From the NCBI GenBank assembly GCA_973895155.1, contig OZ316893.1, positions 2,872,430-2,936,429 on the forward strand: DNA of 64,000 nucleotides. Direction: 5' to 3'. Below the pieces are notes generated by a model. It was not told the DNA's origin and did no database searches. It worked only from the letters and a program-made list of their open reading frames with translations. The position numbers and the translations under genes were made by a program. Shown one piece after another: positions 1 through 13,215 of the stretch; the first letter of the stretch is position 1; the number at the start of each line of letters is the position of its first letter. This stretch comes from Marsupella aquatica (Eukaryota > Plantae > Marchantiophyta).

Positions 1-1350
1 GTGGATATGGGGGCGCTGTCCAGTATTGGGAGCTACACTATCAGTGCACAGGCAGTGAAGAAGGTACAGTTGTCTCTTTCTGAGTGCACACTCCTGGAAG
101 AAGCATCCGGTGTGCACTTAGTGATAAGTGTAAAAGTGTGTGATTGTGCATTTATCTATAAGAGCTACAGCACCTCCATGTGCAATGGGTCCCTCTGTCA
201 CTGAACATGCTAGTGAGTCCCAACCTAAATTTTTACAATTTTGTCCTAGAGGTGATCCCCCAAACCAGAAGTGCAATTTTATATTAAATGCCATGCACTT
301 ATCACGAAGTGTAGTCTATGGGATTGTGTGCTTAACGGTAAGTGTTCATGTGCACTTATCAAGGATTTGCACGTACATCGTTGTGGTTGAGAGGAAGTTT
401 GATTGGCCTGTTTGCAATTACAAAAAGTGCAAACTGTGCAAACCCCAAGGAAAAAAGGAAGAACGAGACCTCTTGAGACCTCTTGCAGTTAGCAAGATTT
501 TGCATTTCTGGAGTGTGCACGAAGAGAGAGATGCCAGTATCATTCTGTGAGCTATCTGCTACATAGGATTTCCCGCTGTCTGCCGTCTTCTTTTTGTCGC
601 TTGTAGTCCTCTACCTCTTTCTTTTCGTTTGGAAACAGGAGGAAACCCAAAACCATAAACCATGTACACTTTCATGCACTGTAGATATGGCTTTAGGCTG
701 TGTACCTCCAATTATCTCCAACCAATTACAGTAGTGTTGTTAGTCACACTAATTGGGTAGCCCTTAAACTTTTAAAATGGTGTGAGTCACATTGATTTTG
801 TGGTCACTCTAACTGCAGTTCAAGTTTCTGTCATCTCAAGATTGAAAGATTTCTAGACCAGTAGGTGGGAAGAAAAATACTGGAGACAGTTCGAGATGGA
901 CAGTGGTAAGAATCTTGAAGCTTGTCTAGTCAGATTATTCACGAATTTTGTAATCAAGCTCAGGCCATCTGGCACGGGTATTTATTTTGTCGACTCAGAT
1001 TGTTCATTTTACATAACTTTCATATGAATAATGCAAATCTCGCTCAGTCCATCTGTCGCTGGTAAATTGTCGACTCAGATTGCTCAATTTTCATAATCCC
1101 GGAGATGCGACTTAAAATCGTAATTAGTGTGATTCCTGCTAAAACATTTGTTGGGACACGCTGTGATTCTTTAGTCACACTAGTGGTGAACAGTGTAATT
1201 GCTGTTATCCGCTGAAATTTGGTGTACCATTTCTGCCGTCTCCCTGTGCTTATCGGTACAGCACTGTAATATTGTAATTCCTCTTCGTTGACAACCTCCT
1301 CGAGCTTCGTTGAATTGCTATCTGAAGACTGCGTTCGAATCGGAATCGTC

Positions 1351-1358
<8 letters not shown>

Positions 1359-1388
<30 letters not shown>
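1359..1388 (+). repeat. (GA)15 microsatellite in the HIR 5' UTR
   Basis: Perfect GA run directly after (CA)4, ending 20 bp before the ATG at 1409. Confidence 0.95.
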
Positions 1389-1390
<2 letters not shown>

Positions 1391-1408
1391 AGGGGAGCAA
1401 GAGCAAGG

Positions 1409-2272
1409 ATGGGTCAAATGCTTGGATGTCTGCAGGTGGATCAATCCACCGTTGGGGTGAAGGAGAAATTTGGGAGGTTTTCGGATATAATTGAGCCGGG
1501 ATGTCACTGTGTTCCCTGGTGCTGCGGAGTGAACGTGGCCGGCACGCTCACGCTTCGCGTCCAGCAGCTGGACGTTCGTTGTGAGACGAAAACGAAGGAT
1601 AACGTGTTTGTTGTGGTCGTGGCGTCGGTTCAGTACCGAGCAATCAAGGACTCTGCCTACGATGCCTTCTACAAACTCACAAACCCTAAGTCGCAAATCC
1701 AGTCTTACGTTTTTGACGTTGTCAGAGCCAGTGTGCCGAAGATGCTGCTCGATGATGTGTTTGAGCAGAAGAGTGAGGTTGCCAAGAATGTTGAGACGGA
1801 GCTGGAGAAGGCCATGGGGGCCTATGGATACGAAATTGTCCAGACGTTGATCGTTGACATCGAGCCTGATGCGGGTGTCAAACGAGCGATGAATGAGATC
1901 AACGCAGCTGCCCGGTTGAGGGTTGCAGCTCGTGACAAGGCAGAAGCGGAGAAGATATTGCAGGTGAAGAGGGCTGAAGGAGAAGCAGAGGCGAGGTATT
2001 TGTCTGGAGTGGGAATTGCAAGGCAGCGTCAAGCAATTGTGGATGGATTGAGGGAAAGCGTTGTTGCGTTTTCTGATAATGTACCCGGGACAAGCGCCAA
2101 GGATGTGCTTGACATGGTTTTGATTACTCAATATTTTGACACAATGAAGGAAATTGGAGCAAGTGCCAAGAATTCCACTGTCTTTATCCCACATGGACCA
2201 GGAGCAGTGGCGGATGTCGCAGAGCAGATTCGCAATGGGTTGTTACAGGGCCACGCAGGACAGGGACGATGA
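1409..2272 (+). CDS. HIR: Hypersensitive-induced response protein (SPFH/band-7 family), 287 aa, intronless
   Basis: [24 protein letters not shown]...[20 protein letters not shown]...[15 protein letters not shown]...[10 protein letters not shown] are hallmark plant HIR segments. The N-terminal MG..C fits the myristoylation/palmitoylation pattern. Start placed at 1409, not the ORF-track 1310. Confidence 0.95.
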   Translation: MGQMLGCLQVDQSTVGVKEKFGRFSDIIEPGCHCVPWCCGVNVAGTLTLRVQQLDVRCETKTKDNVFVVVVASVQYRAIKDSAYDAFYKLTNPKSQIQSYVFDVVRASVPKMLLDDVFEQKSEVAKNVETELEKAMGAYGYEIVQTLIVDIEPDAGVKRAMNEINAAARLRVAARDKAEAEKILQVKRAEGEAEARYLSGVGIARQRQAIVDGLRESVVAFSDNVPGTSAKDVLDMVLITQYFDTMKEIGASAKNSTVFIPHGPGAVADVAEQIRNGLLQGHAGQGR

Positions 2273-4659
2273 ATGACTCACTCAGGGTTTATGGGGTAAT
2301 GACAGAGATATTGGCGTCCATTGACCTGCACACTCAGATGTTGCAAAGCTACTGAGAATGCTTCATTTCAGGGCCCGGTATGTATTATTAACAGAGTATA
2401 CACAAAACTTAGAATCTTCTCGGCTGATCGAAGATTAGTTTCGCAGATGGGCCTATCTGTATTTGAGGTCGACATGTTTTCTGTGTTAGCTGTTTTCGGT
2501 TGGTGTCAGAATACGTACAGTAAGAATGCTAAAAATCTCCACTGTATAGATTGAACAGGAATACAATAGTTGATTGATCTTACCTATACACAGACGGGTT
2601 TGTTAACACGACCCACAGAAAAAAGCAAAAAAACAGAGCAATATAAACTGAAAAGGACGTTTCAGAAGACTCGTTGTTTCAAAGATGATTTGAACAATAA
2701 AATCCCAGTTTGAATCATTTCTAAAGTAGTCGAAAGACAGTGAAGTGTACATTGGAAGGTTTTGAGACGAGAAACAGGAATCGCAAAATTAAATGAAAAT
2801 TCAACCCACAACTCCCAAGACAATTGAAATACATTGTGTGGACGTGAACAGATTTCAAGTCATATATATGAAGTGAACAACGTTGACAAGGCTCAGCTTC
2901 TGATTCATGGATTTAGGAGGAGCATAAGATTGATCCTCTTGCACTATTGCATACCAATTAGCTAGACAGATAAGAATTCTGCCTCTAACCAGGCAAGTGC
3001 TCTTGCAACTGAGTTGAAGTTAATCTCGCGAATTCTCTTCAGAAATCATAAATTCTCAGCTTAAGGTCCCGTACCACGAAAGCTAAATTTCCACTTTCCT
3101 CCCTGTAGATGAAGCCTTCAGATATCGTTACTGATAAGCACTATAGTACTTGTACAGGACTCTCACTTAGATAGAATTGACGTCTAGTGAGATTGCTTCC
3201 ATAACGTCAATGCCGAACCAATAGAGAAATAATCTAGACTCGTCATAATATCGTAGAACCTGCCTCGCTTATACACCCTTGAGACTCACTTTCGTTTTCT
3301 TTGATGCACGGAGAAGGTTTTAACGAGGATCAAACCACCCACTAGTTGACGTACATTTCTGGTGAGTGCTAAGTTGACGAAATGATTGTTTTTGCAAGAC
3401 GGCGTCAATTTGTTCTTCACATTCCAGAAAAGAATTTGAAGTTATTAAGCTCGTCCACTATGCAGCTAGGGTAATCAGGTCGGTTTACAACCCCGGCAAG
3501 AAGACGCGAAGGGTAGCGACCAAAAATGTATCACCATAGCGGCGTGAGAGCAGACTCTCTTTCACAACCATTCTATTATACTTGTGTTTCTGACTTTACT
3601 TCACGAAACTGAAGCACTGTATTGTAGAAGTTGGCCCACGCAAATGCCGTTGCTCGTCAAAATCCAGGCTATCTTTGAATCGATCAAACAGCTAAATCAC
3701 CAATGACACCCGCGTGGCTGTCACATCTTTTCATCACAATTCGGTCTAAATCACACGTGGTGTAGATGTGCCGGATCGATCTCCCGACGTATCGTCATCT
3801 GACTATGTGTGGGAGAGGTATTTATCAACTCTGATGGAGATTTACTACAAAACATAGCCCGATGATTCTTCATCTCTACGTGACCTAATTTTCATCATCT
3901 TTGGATGATGAAATCCTGATGGTTATGTACGAAGGCTGGTGAACAGAGACTGGTGATTGTCAGGAACACGAGTTAGTAACCTTGTTTGTAGGCCTTTGTG
4001 AACCCTTTTGACAGGTCAAGCAGAAAATATCTTCAGCATATGAAATAGTACCAAGTCCAGAGAGCAATCATCCAGACAGCTCATCTGCAGTGAAAACAAC
4101 CCGTGTACGGAGATGCAAAAGCCTAGTGAGTCTCTCTACTACAGTTGACGAGATTTCCACGCTTAGAGTCCACGGTTTCTTTCTCAGCTAGTCACATTCC
4201 GTTTGTCATGGTTGTTTATTTTGCCACTCAGACGTGGTGTTTTCTCAGCAGCTCATGTTGGTTTCATGTTCTGCCACTTACTTTAGATATTTGCTTGAAC
4301 AATGTCTATGCTTTCGGACCAACACGTTCCAAATGCCCTCTATGACGTCTTATAGATCGATTTTCAAAGCGACCGACGTACATGACATATTTACTAGTAG
4401 AAGAAAAACAAGTCAAGGAACGAAATTGAAGTGCCGAGGAGGTCATGGGGCCAAAGACGAACAATGTTATCCTATAGACATACATTACACATCACGTAGT
4501 AATTTGGAAACATTAAGGGAAAGAGCTTGCATTCTTGATTGCACAAGACATTGTCCCTTGTTATCATTCTGGGTAAAAGACTGACAACATGTCCCTTCTT
4601 GGGCGTTGCCCCTAATTAGCAAGGAATGCAAAGGTAATCCACAATTGTTCATGATGCAG

Positions 4660-7600
4660 TTACATACATCCTGTTTCGTTGCAAGGTCGCTGCCTCTCGA
4701 GGAACTGGAGAACAGGTGTAAACACATCCTGTGTTCGGTTGACAGAGTACAAAAGGTCAAAATGTGCGTAAGCAGGAAGTAACACTGCCGAGTTGTTACT
4801 GCTGGGGCCTGAACTCAAATGGGACATGAACTGGCGCACTCCACCGGGTGGAGCAACGTTGTCTCGCCCTCCATAAATTACCAGCACCGGAAGACTGGTA
4901 GGAATGTCATCCGGATCATAGATCGGTGGCATCGGCGATCCATCGTACGCTAAGGAGTTATTCACAACACTTCCGTAATCGAAGTGGCTCCATCTGTTGG
5001 TCCGAATGCCTGCACAGTATGTCGCCAAAACTTACTGTCTACTCCATGTAAAAGACAGGAGTGATCACCCTATCGAAGTCCAGCGCTCAGACTGTAAAGT
5101 TCTATCTTTGACAGATAAAATGTGCAACCTAAATCGTGAACATATGCCTCAATTCTGTCTACAGAGCTCTACACTACAGATGCAAAAGCTATCCAATTTC
5201 TTAGGTTGGAGCCAGAGTAAAGCACCTTGTCGGTAGTGCATCAAGTTTTTCAGGGACGTCGTGCCATCCCACCCGTTGCCAAGCTTCACTTTATACTTTG
5301 ATCCTAAGCAGCAGTTTGGTCCTGTAAGGTTGAGAAGGCATTGCAGAACACAAGGAACTATTAGGATAAATTAGGAGAAACGAGTGAATGGTCGAATGGG
5401 CCAGCTGTAAAGAACAACTGTCATGACTCCTGAGTGAGCAGCCTCACCAAAAATGGGATGGGCAAAGAAACTACTGGACCAGACAGTAAAGGTCTCTGAT
5501 ATATTAATTAATTTGTGTATCAGAATTGATGTATGCCCATATAAGCTCTGGAACTCAAGTTCGGATGTAGCAGTTTTATGAATGGTGCCTCATATCATGA
5601 GCTAAAGTCTTAGGTAGGACTTCACTTAACATTCTGACTGGACCTCTGCTAGTCATGATCCATTAAAAGGCAGCCTATAGGTGAAGATTCGGTCGGTACC
5701 TGAGACATCTGTCAATAAAGTAGGCATGGGACCCAGGCTCGAGAGCACCGAATTGAAAACCCTACAGTCAGAAAGAAAAGGTCCACAAGTTTGTGAAGTC
5801 AGAGATCAATCTGAGGCGAAGAACTTGCATCGAAATATGAAAACAAAGATTTGCAAATTCCTGTCAACTTTGCGCAATAGACATATACTCACGACGTGAG
5901 ATTGAAGACTCCGTTTTGAAAGTCCTTGGAGTAGTAGCTCTGCAGGAAGACACAACAAACAATCATGCATGGTTGTCCAGTACACATTTAGCTAGAGTCA
6001 AATTTAGACGGTCGAGTGTGCATGCCATCTTCATCTTCACTCTACATAAAAATGCTACAGGACAAGGCACAGAACAAAACAACTCTGTAAACGACTACAT
6101 GCATATGCGCCTTGAACAGCGCAAAATGTGGATTGAAGAACATGCTAAAGAGCACGAAGTTGTTACTCTTCCAATCTTGCTTCCTAGCAGTGCTCCCCAG
6201 GCATTTAGCGCGCGTGAATTCGTGTTGCCACGGTAAATGGTCGGGCCTATCAACGTTAGGCTTCTCAAAATAGGAGACAAGAAGGGCATCGTTGCTGCTG
6301 CAGCTCCTGCCGTCGCGCTCTGAGAGCAAAGAACATTCAAAATAAAATCTGCTTGAGAATTGTATGCCACTCTCGACAGAAGGGGTCAATATGCTAGCTA
6401 GTCTGGATTCGGATCAGAGCTAGAAATCTAAGCCTCAGATCGAAAGCACTGGCTAAAACTAACTAAATCCCACTTGATCTCAACATTTCACCTGTGATAT
6501 GCCTACGAAGTGGACGGTCGATCCAGTTTCTGTCTTCACGAGCTCGAGGAGTGCTGGCATGTCGTACTTGGCATGCTCGTCCCAAGTCCAATTCCAATAC
6601 CTCTGCATTAATGGCAAGCGCAATATTCACAAAAGGTCATGTGAGGTCGAGGACCGTTCACGAGACGAAACTGAACAATGCATGACTCGTGACAATCTTT
6701 CATCATCATTGCAACTCAACTATCATCCCATATATAGCAAGATAAGCCTTTGCATTAAGACTCTCGACCGAATTTAATCTTGCTGGGACGAACTGACCTG
6801 ATCTTCGGGTGATAGCGAGACATGATCGTGGGCATAGTAGGTGGCTCGCTGATGGCCGACCCATACATCAAAGCCTGCGTTGAGTAGAAGAAATGGTAAT
6901 AACTGATCCGAATCTTCATCTACATGAATGAACCAACTGTTGCCATTCTGAAACTCGTGGTGCATTAAAAGCACAGGTTCGCCGCTTTCTGTCGGTGATA
7001 TTGGCCCCGCACTCGATGGGGACAGTGCTGCGGATGGTGACTCTGATTGTGAGTCATTTTTCGCCGGAGTCAGTCCGTCATCTGTAGTTGGATTGAGTTC
7101 CGGAAGTTCAGCCACCTCGTCTAACGAATCAATTGTTTGCGGTGAGGGCGCAGCATGACCCGGAGTTGACAACAATGTGATAGAAGGGTCGCTTGGAGCT
7201 GCGTTGGGAAGAGATTGATATCCCTTTGTAAAATTCATGGAGAGCGGCGAACTTTCCGAAGCTGCAGTTGCTGGTGTTGTTTCGGAATTTGCAGGATGTT
7301 TATGAGATTTGCCGCTCAGACCTGGTACATAGCCAACACTTCCCTGACTTATGCTCGGGTGGACGAAGTCTTCTTTCGAGGCGGTCGAGTCGGGGAATGT
7401 TCGGTGCTGAACAGCTACATTGCTATAGACTGAAGGAGCTAGAGATATGCAAGTAACGTCAGTCGTCCTTGACGACTGAGGTTGATTTGATTCCCGAACG
7501 AAATCGGGAATCGTCTTATAAGGTTTCTCTGCTGTAGTAACGCAGAGCGGTAGCAAAGGTGCCGGAGCCTCTATCGAACTCGATGTTGCTCTGCGTACGT

Positions 7601-7953
7601 TGCTAATACGATGGGCGAGTAATAGAAACCCGTCGGTTGTCATCGTCTGCGTTGGGGAAAATCAAAGAGTCAATCGAGCAAATACTTGCAACACCTAGAA
7701 CTGTAGCACTCGATCCCTGTCTTTCCACTTATACAAAAGGGAAGCATATATGAGGATCGATCGGGTTCGTGGAACATACCGTGTACTGGCGACAATTGTA
7801 CCCGTAGGGCAATGCAAATCTTTCGCAAAACAACAAGTCGGCAGTCTGGGTTTGCACATTCTGCGCTAAACTGAAGTGTTCAGCCATTGCAAGAAGCAGC
7901 ACTAGTCTAAGAGCTCCAGAAGAGAACCATAGCTTACCACGCTCCATCTTCAT
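4660..7953 (-). CDS. Secreted AB-hydrolase triacylglycerol lipase (LIP1/LIP2, acid-lipase-like), ~613 aa, 8 exons: 7953-7780, 7646-6798, 6602-6492, 6319-6167, 5939-5893, 5761-5700, 5321-5226, 5009-4660
   Basis: Signal peptide, then GYNCRQYT/TTDGFLLLAHRI, GFDVWVG, YWNWTWDEHAKYDMPA, HFVGISQS (nucleophile elbow), GPNCC, TSLKNLMHYRQ, FDYG, GGRD (Asp) and YAHFDL (His). All junctions are GT-AG and the phases join into one frame of 1842 nt. Confidence 0.85.
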
Positions 7954-10885
7954 AACTGATCGATCTACCTAGCTAGAGCCCTAATTAAGCTACAGTAGCT
8001 AAACTAGCAAAGAGTAATCAAGCTGTTGGTCAAGAGCTCAGAGCTTAGACCCTCTCTCGTCCCTTCCCGGAATATATCCTGCGCTGATTCTTCGCGATCG
8101 GTTGCCTCCCTCTTGTAATAGAGGTCGTTGAAAACTTCAGCCTAATGCCCACACGCTTCTCTGATTGCTACGTGCGTGGATCACTGCAGCAGGCGCTTGG
8201 AGAGATATCTTCCAAAACCAGACTGAGAGTGAAAGGAATTGAAGTGGGATGCTCTCGGGGAGAACCACGGAGGATGCTCATTCCACTTCCCATTGATGGA
8301 GACAAGAATAGAGACAGGTTCGGACGATGCCAAGGAATTAATCGAGTGGCCCGAACTTCGATCACGTTGTAGTAAGGTAAATAAGGGCGCATATGATCAC
8401 TTTAGAGCTGATCACTGGATACAGTGCAACGAAAGTGAATGAGCAGGAAAGCGGAGCCATAGAAGCCAAGTAGCCAATTACGAACGTACAGCTATTAGCT
8501 GCCGTGTTCAGGACCAGCCGCGGCGCTTTTCAAGTTTGAAATTTTTTTTGAGTACATTTCTTCGCTGGCATTGTCTCTCGAATAACTTCGTCCAGAAACG
8601 GTGGCTTCGTTCAACGTCTAAATGATATAACGTCAACATCGGACATGTTTCCGATCGAAGAGTCGAGAGGTACGTTGTAAGTCACCATTAGGGAGATCCA
8701 ACAGCTTAAATTAGCTAAAGACTTCTGGTACAGACTAGTCTTGGGGTCCATCTCCAATTGCTACATGCTCTGGATCGGATATCGATCACATTTTGGAGCT
8801 CAACACATGCATGCAAATGCATACCCAGGGAATTGTCTGTCTGTCTGTCTCCTTCCCTGAGTTCGACAGCGGTGGCCTGGGCCGAGCAACTTTGGAATGG
8901 TCGTCAACCAGGTTTTGACAGCAATGCCCTGCTCTGAGTAATCTGGACGAGGGGGCGGGTTCAAAACTAGAGGTATATCGTATGCTCCATATTACAGCGT
9001 CGTGGATGAATACGGTGACGAGGAAGTATACTGTTTTACCTCGGGCTGTGGAGTCTTTGTTGCATTCCACCATTGCTAAACCGTACTAACTCTTAGGAAC
9101 AGGTGCCCGATCTTTGTAACGCTGTTCGCCTGTTCTCGCTAGAGTCCTACGCTTCACGGCCTACCAAAATGGATCGATCTACTACGTACGTACAGGTTCC
9201 TCAAGGGCTTTCGAGCTCAGACCTCTCTCTTCCATCTTGCTGCTAATTCTGGGCGATCGGTTGCATGACCTTCCACTTGTCCTTGGAATGTCGAGCACCA
9301 CCGCTAAGTTGCTAACTCATTCAAGCTGAAAATCATTCCGATCCTGAGAAAGCTTGATGCTTGGTTGTCGGGCGAATAATCTCTCTGACGTTGGGAACCC
9401 AATCCAAACCCCAACGCAATGACGCCACTGACAGCGCAAGCATCAACCAGTTTTGCAAGACTAAGTAAGTTTCATCGCGAGCACAGTTCTATCGATGTGC
9501 AGCAGGCACGACCAGTAGTATGAGATCGGAGATGTATAGCAATTCCATCTTTTTTTTTGCGACCAGGCCCCTCGCTCACCGGACGCAGAGCTGGGGTTTG
9601 TGCACGTGACATGAAGCAGGACTGTTTCAGAATTGTTCAGCAAAAATCAGATGCTGATTGATGCATGATGCATCCGATAAACCTGCAACTAGTACATATG
9701 TTCCCTTCAAGGAAGACGGGCGTCCAACGCTTCGATACTCTAGCTAGATAACTTCCAGTCCATTGATCAAAACATGAGAGATTGGAATCAAATTGAGACT
9801 CGATCAGGAACTCATTCCCCTTAGTTTGTAGACCCAACTTATTGAGTTAATTTCACTCGGAGTCTTCACTAACAAGTAAATTTCAATAAAAGACCAAGGT
9901 CACCCGGTTTAGTGAAAGTTATCTCGAGAAGTACGAGTCTTCACTGACAACCCGGCTGACAAGGCAGTTACTCGTTTTAGCAAAATTAACTAGTCGACAA
10001 CAAGAAGTTAATGAAAGTTCTGTGAAGGTGTGAAACACTAGAGGTGCCCACAGACGAGAGACTCACTGTGAGTCTTGCCTGGCATGCTGTACTGTGCATC
10101 AAACCTTGTATCCCAAAGGCTTCGGTCCACTAATATTGATTTCCACAGAGTGACAGAGAATTTTACAGGGTTCCACCAGTACTTTATAGCCTTGGTGACA
10201 TTAATTTAATTACGCGCTGGAGGGATACGGTCAAGCGTAATCCTCCACGGTAGTCACACGAATTGAATTCTGAGGCTGCAAAATTGAGCAACAAAACACC
10301 AGCATAGACAACACACTTCTACGATCCGAAGGTTTTTGAACAGGGTACTTACTTAGGCTCGACCTATTGTTCTCAAACGAGCTATTGATCGTGCGAGAAG
10401 TTCTGATGGACAGGCGTTGAGAACTAATGACTGTACTGTATGTAGTGGATCATCGATTCCTGTTGGTTACACAAGAGATGAATATAGCCGCCTGGCGAGA
10501 ACAATAGCGAGATCAATTGAATACGTACGGGATTGAATATCAAGAAAACGAGGAATGTTATCGAGATGAAACTACAGTATGCCATTCCAGCTGTTTAACC
10601 TAAAATACACATCACAAACAGTTTTTTGAGCCCTCAGCCAAAGTCTGATTTATTCAAAATACCCTAGTCGCCCGAGAAACACAATTGAAAGGCTGGATAT
10701 CAAACCCACTTGTGTATGCTATAAGTGCACAAACATTCTCGTCTAACCTAGTTTGATTGAGAAATTTATTCGCGGACATGGAGTCCATTATTTGTCAAAG
10801 CAGGCCAAATTCAGTCATTCACCAGTCGTTTTCCCCACTGACTTTGAAGAGGGTGCTGCCACTGGATCCAGGTACTGCATTAAAT

Positions 10886-11224
10886 CTAACTACCTGGACA
10901 TACAGTGTATGATATGGGGGAAGCGCCACAGATACGCAGTTCGTTGTTCTCCGGGACGAATACTGAGAATCCGTCATTTTGGACTCCGTTCTCATATAGT
11001 CCAATCTGATAGAAGTCAGTCCCCGTCGTTTGCGTCGAAAAAGTTGTCATGTGGTGCGGCGCCAACGAAAGGATGATGATGGATGAGTTCAGATCCTTCA
11101 CACTCAGTGTGTAAGTATCGGAGAAATTTTTGACAATAATATCGCAACTGCCCATCTGCACCGCGGATAGAAAAACCAGCGGCAGGAGAAGTAGTAGACT
11201 CATCTTCATCAAACTCGTCGTCAT
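10886..11224 (-). CDS. Small secreted protein of unknown family (~105-112 aa), single coding exon
   Basis: MTTSLMKMSLLLLLPLVFLSAVQMGSC is a typical signal peptide. It is followed by ~85 aa with beta-strand-like patterning, N-glycosylation sequons (NFS, NSS) and two C-terminal Cys. A TATATAA at 11918-11925 and a possible 5' UTR intron (11266-11688) lie upstream. Confidence 0.6.
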   Translation of the reverse strand: MTTSLMKMSLLLLLPLVFLSAVQMGSCDIIVKNFSDTYTLSVKDLNSSIIILSLAPHHMTTFSTQTTGTDFYQIGLYENGVQNDGFSVFVPENNELRICGASPISYTVCPGS

Positions 11225-12559
11225 GATTCCAATAACCCGACGTCTGTCGATCCTTCCGTTAGTATCTGCCACCAAATGATCAATTACTACACGTCAATAG
11301 CTCGGGTGAAATGAATGGAGTCAGTCCCCGCAACCCGGACCGAAGAGTCATCATTGTAACATTCATTGGCCTGTCAATTCCAAACATCTACTATTTTCCC
11401 TTCCCGCGGGATGTTTTTTGCAAGAGACTGACCGGCTTTCAAGACGGAAGTAGATTTGTAACCAACACCATCCACGCCAAGCACATTAGCCTTTGTTAAC
11501 TTGTCCTTCCACGGACCCAAACACTTCGCAGTAAAGATTTTTCCGCACAAATAAAGTCACAGGCACTTTAGAAAGAAATGAGACTCTTCAATAAGACACG
11601 ACTCGTATTGGGTTCTCCGCGGAGAGAAATATGCCAAATGACCAACTTATATAAAATCACAAGTGAAAGGGGTGGAACTGCAATCGACCTTGTAGAAGAC
11701 CAGTTGAGAAAATTGAAAGAATCACTGCGCGCAGCTCAATGAAGAAGACGGGAGAGGACGAAATCGAGGAAGCAAGACAATGCGGACTTGAATTCGAAAA
11801 TCAACTGCCGGCAGGTGAAAGATAGAAACTCCAGAATTGGATGCCCAGATTCTGAAAACTAGAGAAGAGTCCGGATGAGGAGTGAGAACAATGAACTGCA
11901 CACCAGTAGTGAGCGGCTTATATAACAATCAAAAGACCCAAAACACCAACTGTCCGACCTTGCGTGCGACTGTTGCTACTGGGTGGAGTCTTCATTGCCT
12001 ATAATTTACGTCAAGGAGTTAATATGTGACCTGGCTGTAAACTATGAGGGATAAGATAAGTTGTAAACCCGTTAACTTTCAAAATTTGTGTGAACTGTTA
12101 GTGATGTCTCGATCCTCACACTTACAAGAAGTAGATCTATGGGTATTTGATCAGTTGCGCCCCATAGAAAACTATAACACAGTGTTGCACCAAAAAGTGC
12201 ATTTGTGGTCATTCAAATTTGGCCGGGTGCATGTTTTGGGTGGAAAACAGTGATGACAAGAAAAAGTGGAAGGAAGAAACGCAAATTAAAAGGAATTACA
12301 GACAAGAAACAGTGGAACGAAGAAACCAAAAAAGAAATTATATTGAGGGATTTGCTTGATGGGACCCCAAAATGAAAAGTGTTACTAGGTAGTACCCCTC
12401 ACTGATCCAGGCCTTTGATTGACCTTGAATCTTCTTACCCAAAACTTCAGGGGGCCTATCAAGTAAGGCAATTCATTTGGGTTCCATCAAACAAATATCC
12501 TGAATTATATTTGGTGTGGCAGTGTTTTATGTGCAAGAAGAAAAATACTTTACTCCCTT

Positions 12560-12712
12560 GTACCATCCTTGCATAAGATGTGCTCCTCCCTCTACCATCC
12601 ATGCAAATGCTCCTCTCTCGTTACCATGCATGCATAGGAAGTGCTTCTCGCCCTACCATCCATTAATCCATGCATAGTAAATGCTTCTCGCCCTACCATC
12701 CATACATAGGAA
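12560..12712 (+). repeat. Degenerate ~30-40-bp tandem repeat (TACCATCCATGCATAG...TGCTTCTCGCCC), ~5 copies
   Basis: The TACCAT core recurs at about 12561, 12593, 12622, 12654 and 12694. Confidence 0.75.
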
Positions 12713-13154
12713 ACTGTGTTACATACTCCTAATGACGGGAATTTAATTACAAATATTACATAGTCAAGAAAGTAGTGCGCAATTCAATGTAATCAATGAG
12801 AGAAAGAAGAGACCCTGAAAGAGGCCAAGAATAGCAAAAAAGGGGGGGGGGGGGGGGGGAAGGGGAGCTGGTGTTAAGGTTTGAAAAATGACAAAACAAA
12901 TAATCAAACCATTCACACTTTGTTGTAATTTGGTGGTAAACACATTGACGGACCAAACGGGAAGTGTGACCACCCAACGAGAAGTGTGTTTTGGATTTCG
13001 CCAAAAATGGCAAAAAATTCCATAAATTTATCTGGAAAACATGAATTCTAGTAAGAATCCACAACAACAGCGGGAACAACAGCGTGGGTGAGACTGTCCA
13101 AGCTCACAGTCCCCCTGATGAGTCTAGAGTTAGACAGCATAGCTGCCCGACCCT

Positions 13155-13215
13155 GTGGGTAGCATTCATGGGTATTACCTGGTGGGTAGCATTCATGGGT
13201 ATTACCTGGTGGGTA
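13155..13215 (+). repeat. 27-bp perfect tandem duplication GTGGGTAGCATTCATGGGTATTACCTG
   Basis: Two exact copies plus a partial third. Confidence 0.9.

Noticed and set aside
1250-2194. 314-aa antisense ORF over HIR
   Set aside because: Shadow of the sense codon usage with no recognisable domain.
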